Assembly: GCA_963674965.2 (NCBI GenBank)
Contig: CAXXFL010000006.1
Span: 768,001 to 832,000 of the forward strand
Direction: 5' to 3'
DNA: 64,000 bases
Origin: a bacterium
GTDB taxonomy: Bacteria > RBG-13-61-14 > DATKZS01
A program made the position numbers and the translations under genes. The first letter of the stretch is position 1. Each line of letters starts with the position of its first letter. The notes beneath the pieces are model-generated. The model was not told where the DNA came from. It saw only the letters and a list, made by a program, of their open reading frames with translations, and ran no database searches. Of this stretch, positions 10,869-21,108 are shown piece after piece.

Positions 10869-11708
10869 TTATTTGAGTACAGGGATATCAATATTGCCAA
10901 TTTTTTCGTCAATTGTTTCCTCGCGTATATAGTAAATCAACTCATTCTTTAATTCTGGATCGTGAACGTATGTCTCAATTAATTCGAGACAATCCGATTT
11001 GTTTTGATCTTTTTGATTGTGGTTATTTCGAAAACAGCAATTATTCACAAATCTCCTAATGGCATCATTTCGTTTACTGATAATTCTATTTTGTTCATTA
11101 ACATATTTATATCTTTCAATATCTGTGGCAAAGCACATTATATTTTCATCTCTAACAGGATAATCACATAAAGGATATTTTTCAGATGATATTTCATTTG
11201 ATTCCTTTTGATTTACTATTGAAAGTAATAATATTTGAAGAAGGCAATTAGACGTTTCTCGCTCTGCCTCAGGCTTATAAATATTTTCCCCATCAAATTT
11301 ATAGTTGTATGCATATTCTTTTATTTTCCATAACGATAATTCCGATTCTCTATTTAAATGACATTCAAGGGCACTGTCGGCCAAGAATATTACTTCGTCA
11401 GCGGCATTATTAATGTCTTGGAAATCTTTTTTCACTATACTTTCTTTAAATATGCCGCACAATTTGGTGCTTTTTTTAGAAGCAGCATTTAAATACATAT
11501 TACCTAATTCAGTAGGATCATCCATTTTATTTGCAATATCAATACACTCTTTAAAATGGGCGCCATAGTATTCTCGATTGTCCTCCAAGCATTTTTTAAA
11601 AGCAATATTTATATCCGGCTTAACTGAAATATCCTTTTCACTTTCACATCCCCAATATAATATTGTAAATAAAAGGCACAAGACCGATATTGATATAATC
11701 CTATACAT
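10869..11708 (-). CDS. Cys-rich lipoprotein B2
   Basis: 279 aa, lipobox-like YWGC, highly similar to B1. Confidence 0.8.
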   Translation of the reverse strand: MYRIISISVLCLLFTILYWGCESEKDISVKPDINIAFKKCLEDNREYYGAHFKECIDIANKMDDPTELGNMYLNAASKKSTKLCGIFKESIVKKDFQDINNAADEVIFLADSALECHLNRESELSLWKIKEYAYNYKFDGENIYKPEAERETSNCLLQILLLSIVNQKESNEISSEKYPLCDYPVRDENIMCFATDIERYKYVNEQNRIISKRNDAIRRFVNNCCFRNNHNQKDQNKSDCLELIETYVHDPELKNELIYYIREETIDEKIGNIDIPVLK

Positions 11709-11739
11709 AGTTTTCTCCTCTTAATTCAAAAGCAATAAA

Positions 11740-13317
11740 TCAATTTGGTAATTGAATATTTGGTTCCATCACCCAGGGCCCCCTTTGTGAAGTCGTGGTG
11801 TAATATAAAGAATTCCCATTATCCGCGCAAGGATTGGCTGGGCCATCTGGATTGCCTGGGGAATCGTTTTCACTTAACTTGTCAATAACTCGCCTTGCGT
11901 TGGCTGTTTTATTGGGATAGAAAATTGCACAAAAACCCGAGTTGCCCAGTTCATTCCAGACGGGATTTACTGCATTTTTATCTTTTGTCCATTCGATTCT
12001 AATGCTAACTGGAAACTTGAAAGGCGCTCTAACACCATTCATTAATTCCTTAGGCCACAGATTAGTAACAGCTTTATCTCTATAAAAATTTTGATTGGGA
12101 TAGTTATAAATAATTATAGTCCCCAAACTGGAACCCGATAAAGGAATGCAGAATGTTTCTCCTTTGGGCCAAACCCAATTTATACAGTAATTCTCCCCTA
12201 AAGAATTCCCATAATTAAAGTTTTCACGCAAACCAATGTTTTTAAAACAAGCTTGAGTCGGCTCTATATCGAGATAAAAACCAGCGTCAACCCCAATGGA
12301 TTTACCAGTAAGAAAATTACCTTGCTGGCCATATTGACCTATGTATGAACAATATGTTTGATCCTGTTCACCAGACGCGCATTCCATATTAGCCGGCTTA
12401 AATTTTCTCGGTACCATTACTTTTGGCTCAGATACTTTAAAATGGTACTCTCTTTTAAATTTATACACGCCATTTTCAGTATCCAAATCAAAATAATTTG
12501 TCACAATATCTTCGACGTCGGGATTATATGACACTTTAAATATAGGTGCCCTTTCATTTATTTCATCTAAAGTTATCGTCTCTCCAGATACAAAACCACC
12601 AGCGGCTGGATTTAAATGTTTCCATAAAGAACGCTCAGTTTCACATATTTCAGGGGACTTCTGGAATCTAAAGAATGTAATTTGCTCACCAACGCCAAAG
12701 ATATTTTTACAATTTTGATTTGTTCCATCATTTATGCAATCTACTTTTCTCACGTTTTCTTCACATTCATCTGATACTTTTAAAGAGTATGCTTCGGTTG
12801 GAATGGATTTACTGGTGGGGTCAGGAAAGGCAGAACCCTGCGCCAGGAAAATTACTTTGCCATCCGTTGTATGGAACTTGGGGGTAATAGAGAACTCACC
12901 AAATACCGCGGTCCTGAAAGTAGCCCTTCCGGGATTGACGCTGTCCACAATAAGCTGGTTTTCAGGATAATCAGGCGTGACTTCGAACGAATAATGCCCC
13001 GGCGTGTCAGGAGGATGGATTGCGACTACGATATCCATGTAATTCTTCACAAGCACGGGTTCGCCCGGAATGTCCTCCTCGGCGTCTCGAGTACTGGAAA
13101 CGACGGGACCGCTTGTATGCGCGGCAACGGAAACGTTAAAATCGGGGTCCCAAACATTGACATAATAAGGCGTGATTTTCGGCTCGATCAGTTCAAGCCA
13201 AATGGCCTCGCGCACCAGCGGCTCCTCCCTTGTTATCTCGATTCCATAAGCTATTGTAATCATGAAAGTAAACAATATCACAACCGCGATTATAAGTGGC
13301 TTTACTCTGCCGGCCAT
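11740..13317 (-). CDS. Secreted Cys-rich protein C2 (only intact copy)
   Basis: 525 aa with N-terminal signal peptide; GC-richer constant N-terminus up to IFLAQGS, AT-rich remainder. Confidence 0.85.
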   Translation of the reverse strand: MAGRVKPLIIAVVILFTFMITIAYGIEITREEPLVREAIWLELIEPKITPYYVNVWDPDFNVSVAAHTSGPVVSSTRDAEEDIPGEPVLVKNYMDIVVAIHPPDTPGHYSFEVTPDYPENQLIVDSVNPGRATFRTAVFGEFSITPKFHTTDGKVIFLAQGSAFPDPTSKSIPTEAYSLKVSDECEENVRKVDCINDGTNQNCKNIFGVGEQITFFRFQKSPEICETERSLWKHLNPAAGGFVSGETITLDEINERAPIFKVSYNPDVEDIVTNYFDLDTENGVYKFKREYHFKVSEPKVMVPRKFKPANMECASGEQDQTYCSYIGQYGQQGNFLTGKSIGVDAGFYLDIEPTQACFKNIGLRENFNYGNSLGENYCINWVWPKGETFCIPLSGSSLGTIIIYNYPNQNFYRDKAVTNLWPKELMNGVRAPFKFPVSIRIEWTKDKNAVNPVWNELGNSGFCAIFYPNKTANARRVIDKLSENDSPGNPDGPANPCADNGNSLYYTTTSQRGPWVMEPNIQLPN

Positions 13318-13388
13318 CTATCAATACCCCCTTGATCTCCATAGATTCGGCTGATCGGATATTATCCGATTTTCCCCTGATCCATCAG

Positions 13389-13417
13389 TACATAACATTT
13401 GCGTATCAATGTGTCAA
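13389..13417 (-). promoter_or_regulatory. Putative sigma70 promoter for C2
   Basis: Identical to 9715-9743 at an offset of 3674 bp. Confidence 0.45.
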
Positions 13418-14514
13418 GAAATTATTCCCATGCGGCAAAATTGCCGGCAAATTCGAGGCCCCCAGAAAACCGGCCCCCTTGATCGGTTAACGAAGGACCC
13501 GTCGGTATGAACGTCGGACTTCGCGCTTGCCTCGCTGGATATCAAGGGATGATAGGCGGAGGGACGGGCGCCGCCGCGATAGCAAAGAACGTCCTGAGTA
13601 TAACCGAAGGCATCGGGAGAACCGGGGACGATGGACCAGTCATCCCCGGTGGCCTGTGAGAAAACAACGGCGACGCCGCCAGCCGAGACGTACTCGTCCA
13701 GATTGGAGATGAAAGACGCGGAATTTACGTAAGGCGAAAGCGACGCCGAGGGGATGACGAGGACCCTGACGCCCTCGGAAACGTACAGATCGGGTCCCAG
13801 GTCCGTGAAGGGATCGACGCTCCGGGAGGCGACGTTGATCGAGTCGAGAAAGGACGCGGCGTACTCCTCGAAAAGAGGGACCCCCAATACTCCGACTCGA
13901 GCTCGCGGGTCGTCGCCGGAAAGGCGGCCGGGTATGTCCGTCGAGAGTATCTCGTTGTCGTCCGGCTTGGCCCACTCGCAACCGGGAATCTCGCGGCTGT
14001 CGCTTCCCGAACTGAAGCCGCAACCGCCGACAGAGCAACTGCAGGATTCCCAGTTCCAGTAAATAACGCAGTTTTCGTAATCGACGCTGAAATTGTGGAA
14101 ACCCGCCGGCTCGACCGGTATTTCGATAATGTCCTCGTAATTGGCCAGAGGCTCGGCGGCGGCCGTTTTGATGTAAACCTTGGGATTTTTAAACGCCTCG
14201 CATGCCTCGCGGTCCTCGATCTCTCCGAGGTTCAAAGGAGTGATGGTTAAAATAACCGTTTCGCCAGATAATAAATCGCCGCCGGGCAAAGGCTGGAAGC
14301 TTATGCCCGTGACGATATCCGAGGGGTTTTCCTCGAGGCGGAAAACGTCGATAGCGTTCCCGTGAATGGTTACCTCGCCCTTGTTTTCGATCGGTACTTT
14401 GAAAATACCGCCGGCGGAAGGGGCCTTGAATGCTTCCTCGGCAAGGGTAGCGCGGCACGAAAGAAGAATGAAAATTAAAGTGGAGAGTACTCTGACTTTG
14501 TTTTGCGGAAACAT
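13414..14514 (-). pseudogene. Second 5' fragment of giant gene A (cassette A'')
   Basis: Near-identical to 9740-10840 with the same truncation point. Confidence 0.85.
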
Positions 14515-14542
14515 GATAGCCTCCTAATGCAAGGACGGTTGG

Positions 14543-15385
14543 TTATTTTAGTTCAGGAATATCAAAGTGGCCAAGTTTTTTTGGAACGGTTTCCTCGCGT
14601 ACGTAGTAAATCAACTCATTCTTCAATTCTTGATCGACAACGTACGTATCGATCAACTCCAGACAATCTTTTTTGCTCTTCTCCTTTTGGCCATGTCGAT
14701 TGTCTAGACAATAGGAAATAAAATCACAAGTGTACGAAAAGCGATCCTCAATAATGCGATTTTGTTCTTCTACATAATTTGTTCTTTCTTCATAAGTTTC
14801 AAAGCATTTAGAATAATCTACTTGGCCATATGGTTCAGAGCATATCGGGTATTTTTCATATTGTATGATTTCATTTTCCTTTTGGTTTGTAATTGAAAAT
14901 AGTAATAGATGAAGCTGGCAATTAATCACTTCTCGTTCTATCTCCGGCAGATATTTCATATCGCCTTCCGTTCTATAGGCGTATGCATATGATTTGCTTT
15001 CCCAAATTTTCAGCTTGGCGCCCGCATCTAAATCGCATTCCAAGGCCTTATTGTAAAGGGCAATCACTTCATCCGCCGCTTTGCTTAAATCTCGGTAATC
15101 GCCATTATTTGACTCTGCTTTTTTGAACAATTTATGCAATTTTGCATGCTTAGACGACGCCGCGATATAATACACTTTCCCTTTTTTGGTTTGATCATCC
15201 ATCTCCTTTGCAATATCGAGGCAATCATCAATATGTGATTCATAATATTTAAAACTGCCTTGCAAGCATTTCTGCTGAGTGACGCTTTCGCCTGGTTCAC
15301 TTGGGATATTATTACATCCAACATGTAAAAAAACGGCAATAAATAGAAAGCCACATATGTCTGATAAAGATATTTTCTTAGCCAT
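14543..15385 (-). CDS. Cys-rich lipoprotein B3 (divergent paralog)
   Basis: 280 aa, lipobox-like HVGC; shares AADEVI, EKYP.C and DCLELI.T.V.D.ELKNELI with B1/B2. Confidence 0.8.
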   Translation of the reverse strand: MAKKISLSDICGFLFIAVFLHVGCNNIPSEPGESVTQQKCLQGSFKYYESHIDDCLDIAKEMDDQTKKGKVYYIAASSKHAKLHKLFKKAESNNGDYRDLSKAADEVIALYNKALECDLDAGAKLKIWESKSYAYAYRTEGDMKYLPEIEREVINCQLHLLLFSITNQKENEIIQYEKYPICSEPYGQVDYSKCFETYEERTNYVEEQNRIIEDRFSYTCDFISYCLDNRHGQKEKSKKDCLELIDTYVVDQELKNELIYYVREETVPKKLGHFDIPELK

Positions 15386-15416
15386 AGTAATCTCCTCTCA
15401 CTTTAAAGGCAAATCA

Positions 15417-16840
15417 TCAATTTGGCAATGGAATACTAGATTGAGTCACCCAAGGCCCTCTAGGTGAAGTTGTAGTGTAATACAATGAGTTTCCATTCTC
15501 CGCGCATGGATGAGTTGGACCATCGGGATTGCCAGGAGAATCGTTTTCACTTAGCTTATCGATCACTCTCCTCGCATTGGCGCTTCCATTTGGATAGAAA
15601 TAGGCACAAAAACCAGAGTTGCCTAGTTCATTCCAGACGGGGTTTGGTGCATCTTTATCTTCAGTCCATTCAATTTTAATGCTAACGTGATATTGAAAAG
15701 TGTCAATAACTCCATTCATTAATTCCTTAGGCCAAATAGAAGTAACAGCCTTATCTCTATAGAAAGTATGACCTGGAAATCTTGTAACTGGTATCGTGCC
15801 CTCAGATGAAGCTTCCATTTCAAAGCAAAATGATTCGTTATTGGGCCAATTCCATTTCATGCAGTAATTTGACCCCATGTCATTCCCATAATTGAAGTTT
15901 TCACGGATATCGATATTATCAAAACAAGCTTGACTTGGCTCCAAATCGAGATAATAACCCGCGTCCACCCCGATGGATTTTCCAGTTGTTATATCACCTT
16001 CTTCACCATAATTACCTATGTATGAACAGTATGTTTCATCTTGTTCTCCTGAGGCGCATTCATCGGCTGTTGGCTTGTATTTCCTGGGTATCAATAGATT
16101 CGGCTCGACTACTTTGAATTGATACTCATCTTTAAATCTATAATACACTTGCCCATTGTCCACATATCGAAAGAAATAAGCAGTCACTGTATCATCAGAA
16201 TTGGGCGTATAAGACACATTAAATTTTACTGGGCTTCCTTTAGTGACCTCATTGCAAGAATGAGCTGGAGTAGGAGGGTCAGTATTTGTGTCTCCTTCGC
16301 ATAAAAATGCCCCCGCGTTGGGATTAGAATGTTTCCAGAGCGCAAATATACCCGAAGGCGTATCCGGATTTTTCTCATGGATATAAAAATTTATCTCCTC
16401 TCCTATGCCAAAGAAATTCTTGCAATTTTTATTTGTTTGCTCAGCTATGCAATCTACTTGTTTTACCAACGTTTGACAAGTATCTTTGACTCTCAAAGAA
16501 AATGTTTTAGTTGTTATCGCTTTACTGGTCTCGTCACCATCGATGGAACCCTGCGCCAGGAAAATTACTTTGCCATCCGTTGTATGGAACTTGGGGGTAA
16601 TAGAGAACTCACCAAATACCGCGGTCCTGAAAGTAGCCCTTCCGGGATTGACGCTGTCCACAATAAGCTGGTTTTCAGGATAATCAGGCGTGACTTCGAA
16701 AGAATAATGCCCCGGCGTGTCAGGAGGATGGATTGCGACTACGATATCCATGTAATTCTTCACAAGCACGGGTTCGCCCGGAATGTCATCCTCGGCGTCT
16801 CGAATACTGGAAACGACGGGACCGCTTGTATGCGCGGCAA
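15417..16840 (-). pseudogene. Protein C3, divergent C-terminal part, 5' end deleted
   Basis: Matches C2 from AAHTSGP to IFLAQGS, then diverges; joined to IS sequence at GGCAA (16836-16840). Confidence 0.85.
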
Positions 16841-18026
16841 ACTGTTTATTTCCTCCGGTTTCGCCGGTGGGTTGATCCACGCTTTGCCGGGCAACTCCGG
16901 CGCCGTCGGCGGTCTTTTCACGAAGCGCTCCGGTTTTTTTTCATAGGCGTGGTCGAGCGTTTTTTGCCTGGCGGCCACGATCTCGCTCGCCATTCCGTAA
17001 TGGACCATCTCGGGCGTCATCAGGCCGATCCCGGTGTGCCGATGCTCGCGGTTGTACCAATCGAAAAACTTCACGCAAAAGGCCCTGGCGTCCTCGATGG
17101 AGCCGAACCGGCTCGGGAACTCGGGCCGGTACTTCATGGTCTTGAACTGGCTTTCCGAGTAGGGGTTGTCCCCTCGTCCAGGAGCGTTGCCCAGACCTCG
17201 CGGGGGGCCTTGTCGGCAAAGCGCTCGGAGTGGAGTTCGTCCAGCACCCGGCGCCGCTCGTCCTCGCTCAACGACCTTGCCGGCTTGGCCGCGCGCCTCG
17301 GCGGCGGAGGCCCGAAGGGAATTTTAGCGCGACGATTAAACGTTGCTCGCGACAGGCCCAGGGCCTCGCAGGCGGCCTTGGCGCCGACCCGGGGAGCGGC
17401 CGTGCTTGCCGATTCCATCATTCGCTCTCTTCGCCGGGCGGCTTGGCCAGGGGTATCCCCAGCAGATCGGCAACTTTTTTTTGGAAGTCGATTATCATCT
17501 CGGCCTGTTCGAGCCGCTTTTGGAGCTTCCCGTTCTCGCGCTCGAGGCGGGCCACTTCATCGGCCAGCGGGTTTTTGGCCTTGGGCTTGCGGCCCCGCTT
17601 TACGGGCGAAAGCGCTTTCAAGGCCCCCTCGTCCCGCTGCTTGCGCCAGGCCGTCAGGTGCGACGAATAAAGGCCCTCCCGGCGCAGCAGGGCGCCGACC
17701 TCGCCATGCCCCGAGCAGGCGTCGGCCTTCCCGAGGATTGCGAGCTTGTAAGCCGCGGTGAAGCGCCGCCGGGCGGGCTTTTCCGGGACCTCCGGCTCGG
17801 GAAGAATGATCGGCGCCCCCACCCGCTCGGGCCGCTTGGCAGGAGTGTCCTCCGGCTCGGCCGTCCCGGTTGGGGAGACTCCGGTCGCCCTACGGGCTCC
17901 CTCCGTCTCCCCAACAATCCCTGCCTTCTTCCTGTCTTCATCCATCTCTCTATACATCCTAATACCTCCCCCGCCCTACAGTAATTTAACATAGGGGAAG
18001 TGTCTCATCTACGTTGGCACAGAGGG
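16836..18026 (-). mobile_element. Degenerate second copy of the IS3-like element (one end lost, 424-bp internal deletion in orfB)
   Basis: Matches 7347-8961 except for a deletion between TGTC at 7678 and TGTC at 8102; lengths reconcile exactly (1615-424 = 1191). OrfA 17418-17957 is intact. Confidence 0.92.
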
Positions 18027-19649
18027 TACGCCTGTAGTATTACCGGCCAAATCTTCCGCGAAGCCCGTAACTTCATATGTGCCATCCCATGAAAATGTGT
18101 TAGCTGATTCAATCGGATATTCCATTCCATTGACTGATAGGGCTTCACCATCTGGAAAACGATGGATGTCGGAAACGGTCATGGCCACGTTAACGTCACT
18201 ATTGTAGTATTGGCCAGTTAAATATCCCGTGATTTCAATAACTGGAGGAGTGAAGTCAAGAATAATGGTCTTATCAGCGCTGGAGGTATTTCCAGCAAGA
18301 TCCGATGCATATCCATAAACCGAGTAAGCTCCTTCATCTTGTAGTGAAATGTCTTCATCAACGTTTAATTCTGGCCAATCGTTTCCGTCGAACACGATAT
18401 GGACCGTTTCGGATAAATGGTCTCTGTGTTCATCATGGACGTTGACGGAAAAAACAAGCGGTAATCTAGAATATGATCCGTTTACTATTGGTATAAGCAC
18501 CCATGGCGGAGTCCGGTCAATCGTGAACCTGATTTCCTCATCGGAATAATTGAAGGAAGTATCCCATGCCCACGCTTTAAGCAAATAATCACCATCTTCG
18601 GAAATGCTAGACCCGTTTATAAAATCAATATCGTTCAAAACTGTTTTTATTCCAGCGAGATTCAAGTCGTACGCGCATGTCTCAGGATATAAAATATCAT
18701 TAGTTAATTCTTCAGGCTCTACTCCGGCAATTTCAATATCTGGCGGAATGGTATCGACGACCCAAAATGAAGTAGCAAGAAGGCTTGTCGCGTCTGAAGC
18801 TATCATCATGGCGCTAAGGTTGTAATCGGAAAGTAGTTCCAGGTCAGTTTCAGGAATAATGACATTGCGAAATGTATCTCCATCCAAAGTCATGGTTTCA
18901 TTGAATATGGTTTCGCCGTCAAGCAACAGAATAAACTCTCCGCTAAATCCTTCTCCCCAGAGAAAAACCGATATATAGGCGTCATCATAACCGAATTCAT
19001 AATTCAACGCGTCGGTTGCCAATGATTTCACGGCAAAGTTGCCCACGTCAATTGTAGATTCGATAGATGCTAATGCCTTATTACGATATGGGTCTCTAAA
19101 AAGTTTATAATGGATTTTATGTTTCCCCATAAATTCAGTTGAAAGATCGCCGGAAAGCAAGTATAGGTTGTTTCCTTTATAAAGGTCTTTTTCTCCACTG
19201 AATATTAGATATTCCATCCCATCAGGCTTTTCCAGATATCCCTCCAGGTATCCATGGAAATCATGATTAACCCACACGACCACCTCGGAGTTCACCTCAT
19301 CTTGAGGATAATATTTCATCTTGTCATGGTCTACTGAAATGAAATATGCCTTGTATGTATCAATATCAACGGGGTATTCATAAGTGGCGCCCGCGAAAGT
19401 ATAGTAAATAATTTCAGTTCCGGTGGCGGCGTATTCCGACAGAGCGTAATCGAATGACTGATCGCCATGAGCCGTAAGATTGAGAACGGCGTCTAAATCT
19501 CGTTCAAAAGCCATTACCCTTGAAGGTCCATCCACTGTCGCTCCAATAGTGATGGATATCGTTTCTCCAGGCAGATATACTTGCTTGTCGGTCCACAGCC
19601 AAACTTCAAAGCATCCTTCGTGAACCCATCTATGAAAGCAAATTGTCAA

Positions 19650-20020
19650 CCCTGGACGGTCTCATCCTCCAGTTGCCAAAGCTTTTTCTTCTTTCCGTCT
19701 ACCCTCCTTTACCCGAAAGAATCATGACCGGAGGACCGAGCGGGCGAGGGACGGAGGGCGGGATTGTTTCGGGTCAATCCCATGACGGAAAGATGAAAAA
19801 GCGCCCCCCGGTCCGTGCCTCCCTCCAACCATCTATTCGAGGTCAAGAGGTCGTAAGCCTCACGAATACGTTCGGTGTCCCGGCGTTGCTCCATACACAT
19901 AGAAGGCCTTCGCGGCCACGGGTTACCAAGGAGTCGCCGAAAACTATTTTGGAGTGACACGGATTCTCGCGCCTCCTGGCCCGCCCTCAAGCCGGCCAAG
20001 TCACGGACGCGACCTCAACG
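19650..20020 (-). ncRNA. Putative bridge/seek guide RNA region of the IS1111-type element
   Basis: Structured non-coding region 3' of the transposase containing matches to the target flank (19829-19835) and to the element end (19894-19904). Boundaries approximate. Confidence 0.6.
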
Positions 20021-20022
20021 AG

Positions 20023-21108
20023 TCAAACGGCCTCCTTGATCTTCCAGTAATACTTCCTCGTCTTGACCTTGCTCGTGGGCGTCACGTTGAGCTTGCCCGC
20101 GTCGAATTCCTCGCCGTCCAACATCATTCTCCACATGACGCGGCAAAGCCGCTGGGCCACGCAGACCACCGCCTTCTTGTAACCCTGCCTCGCCGCCACC
20201 CGGGCGAAATACGGGTTGAGGGGGTGAGTGGGACGGCCCGCGTGATGGGCCGCCTCCACCAGCATCGAGCGGGCCTCCGAGGACCCGCGCTTGGTGATAC
20301 GGCCGTGGACCACCCGGTCGCCGCTGTCCCAACTGGACGGACAGAGTCCAAGGTAGCTTACCGCCTGGCCGCTCCGCTCGAACCGCCCGGCGTCGGCGAT
20401 AACGGAAAGAAAGGTCGCCGCCGTCACCGGACCCACGCCGGGGACGGTCTGGAGCAGGGGATAAGCATCGGCGAAATGGGCGCCCGCCTCCTTTTCGATT
20501 TTCTTGTTCAAGCGAGCGACTTCCTCCGAGACCTGACGCCAGGTCCGAAAGTGCATCCGCAAAAGGTCGCGCTGGAAGGAGTCCGGGCAGGACTCCAGCG
20601 CCCGCTTCCAGCCTGAGGCGGTGTTCAGGCGGAAAGACACTCGAACTCCCTCGCCCCGCAAAAGGGCCTTGGCCGAGTTGACCTGGGACGTCATTTGGCG
20701 GATGAAAAAACGGCGGCGGCCGAGCAGGGACCGCAGGCGGCGAACGGACCGGCCGGGCACGTAGACGCGGCTGACGTAAAGATCGCGGCGCAGACCGTCG
20801 CAAATCTCGAGGGCGTCGCGGCCGTCGCTCTTCTGGTTGGGGCGGAGCGACTTGGCCCGCACTTCGGCGGCGTTGATCACGTAAGGGTGAAACCCCAGCT
20901 CGGAGAGTTGCTCGCTGACCCAAAAGGACTGGGCCCCGCTCTCCAGGCCGGTCTTGATCCCGAGCTCGCCTCCGAGCCGGCCGAGAAGTTCCTCGAAGCC
21001 GGCGCGGTCGGTAGCCACGTCCCCCCGGGCGATTATTTTTCCGTCCTCCTCCTGGGCCACGAACACCGTCCTCCTTGAATGCACGTCCAATCCGAGATAA
21101 GTTGTCAT
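20023..21108 (-). CDS. IS110-family DEDD recombinase/transposase
   Basis: YLGLDVH, LESG, KSDGRDA, LQTVPGVGPVTA and YLGLCPSSWDSG motifs; GGAGG RBS before the ATG at 21108. Confidence 0.93.
   Translation of the reverse strand: MTTYLGLDVHSRRTVFVAQEEDGKIIARGDVATDRAGFEELLGRLGGELGIKTGLESGAQSFWVSEQLSELGFHPYVINAAEVRAKSLRPNQKSDGRDALEICDGLRRDLYVSRVYVPGRSVRRLRSLLGRRRFFIRQMTSQVNSAKALLRGEGVRVSFRLNTASGWKRALESCPDSFQRDLLRMHFRTWRQVSEEVARLNKKIEKEAGAHFADAYPLLQTVPGVGPVTAATFLSVIADAGRFERSGQAVSYLGLCPSSWDSGDRVVHGRITKRGSSEARSMLVEAAHHAGRPTHPLNPYFARVAARQGYKKAVVCVAQRLCRVMWRMMLDGEEFDAGKLNVTPTSKVKTRKYYWKIKEAV

Larger units (their letters stand above)
4483..16840. repeat. Tandem array of about three 3674-bp units (C - B - A 5' part)
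   Basis: Offsets 13317-9643 = 14514-10840 = 3674; the first unit is longer by about the IS length. Confidence 0.92.

Noticed and set aside
5570-16840. Diversity-generating retroelement as the source of repeat variation
   Set aside because: No reverse transcriptase in the window, and the differences I compared between copies are not adenine-specific.
4483-16840. Integron cassette array
   Set aside because: No integrase or attC-like palindromes; the units are kilobase-scale homologous duplications.
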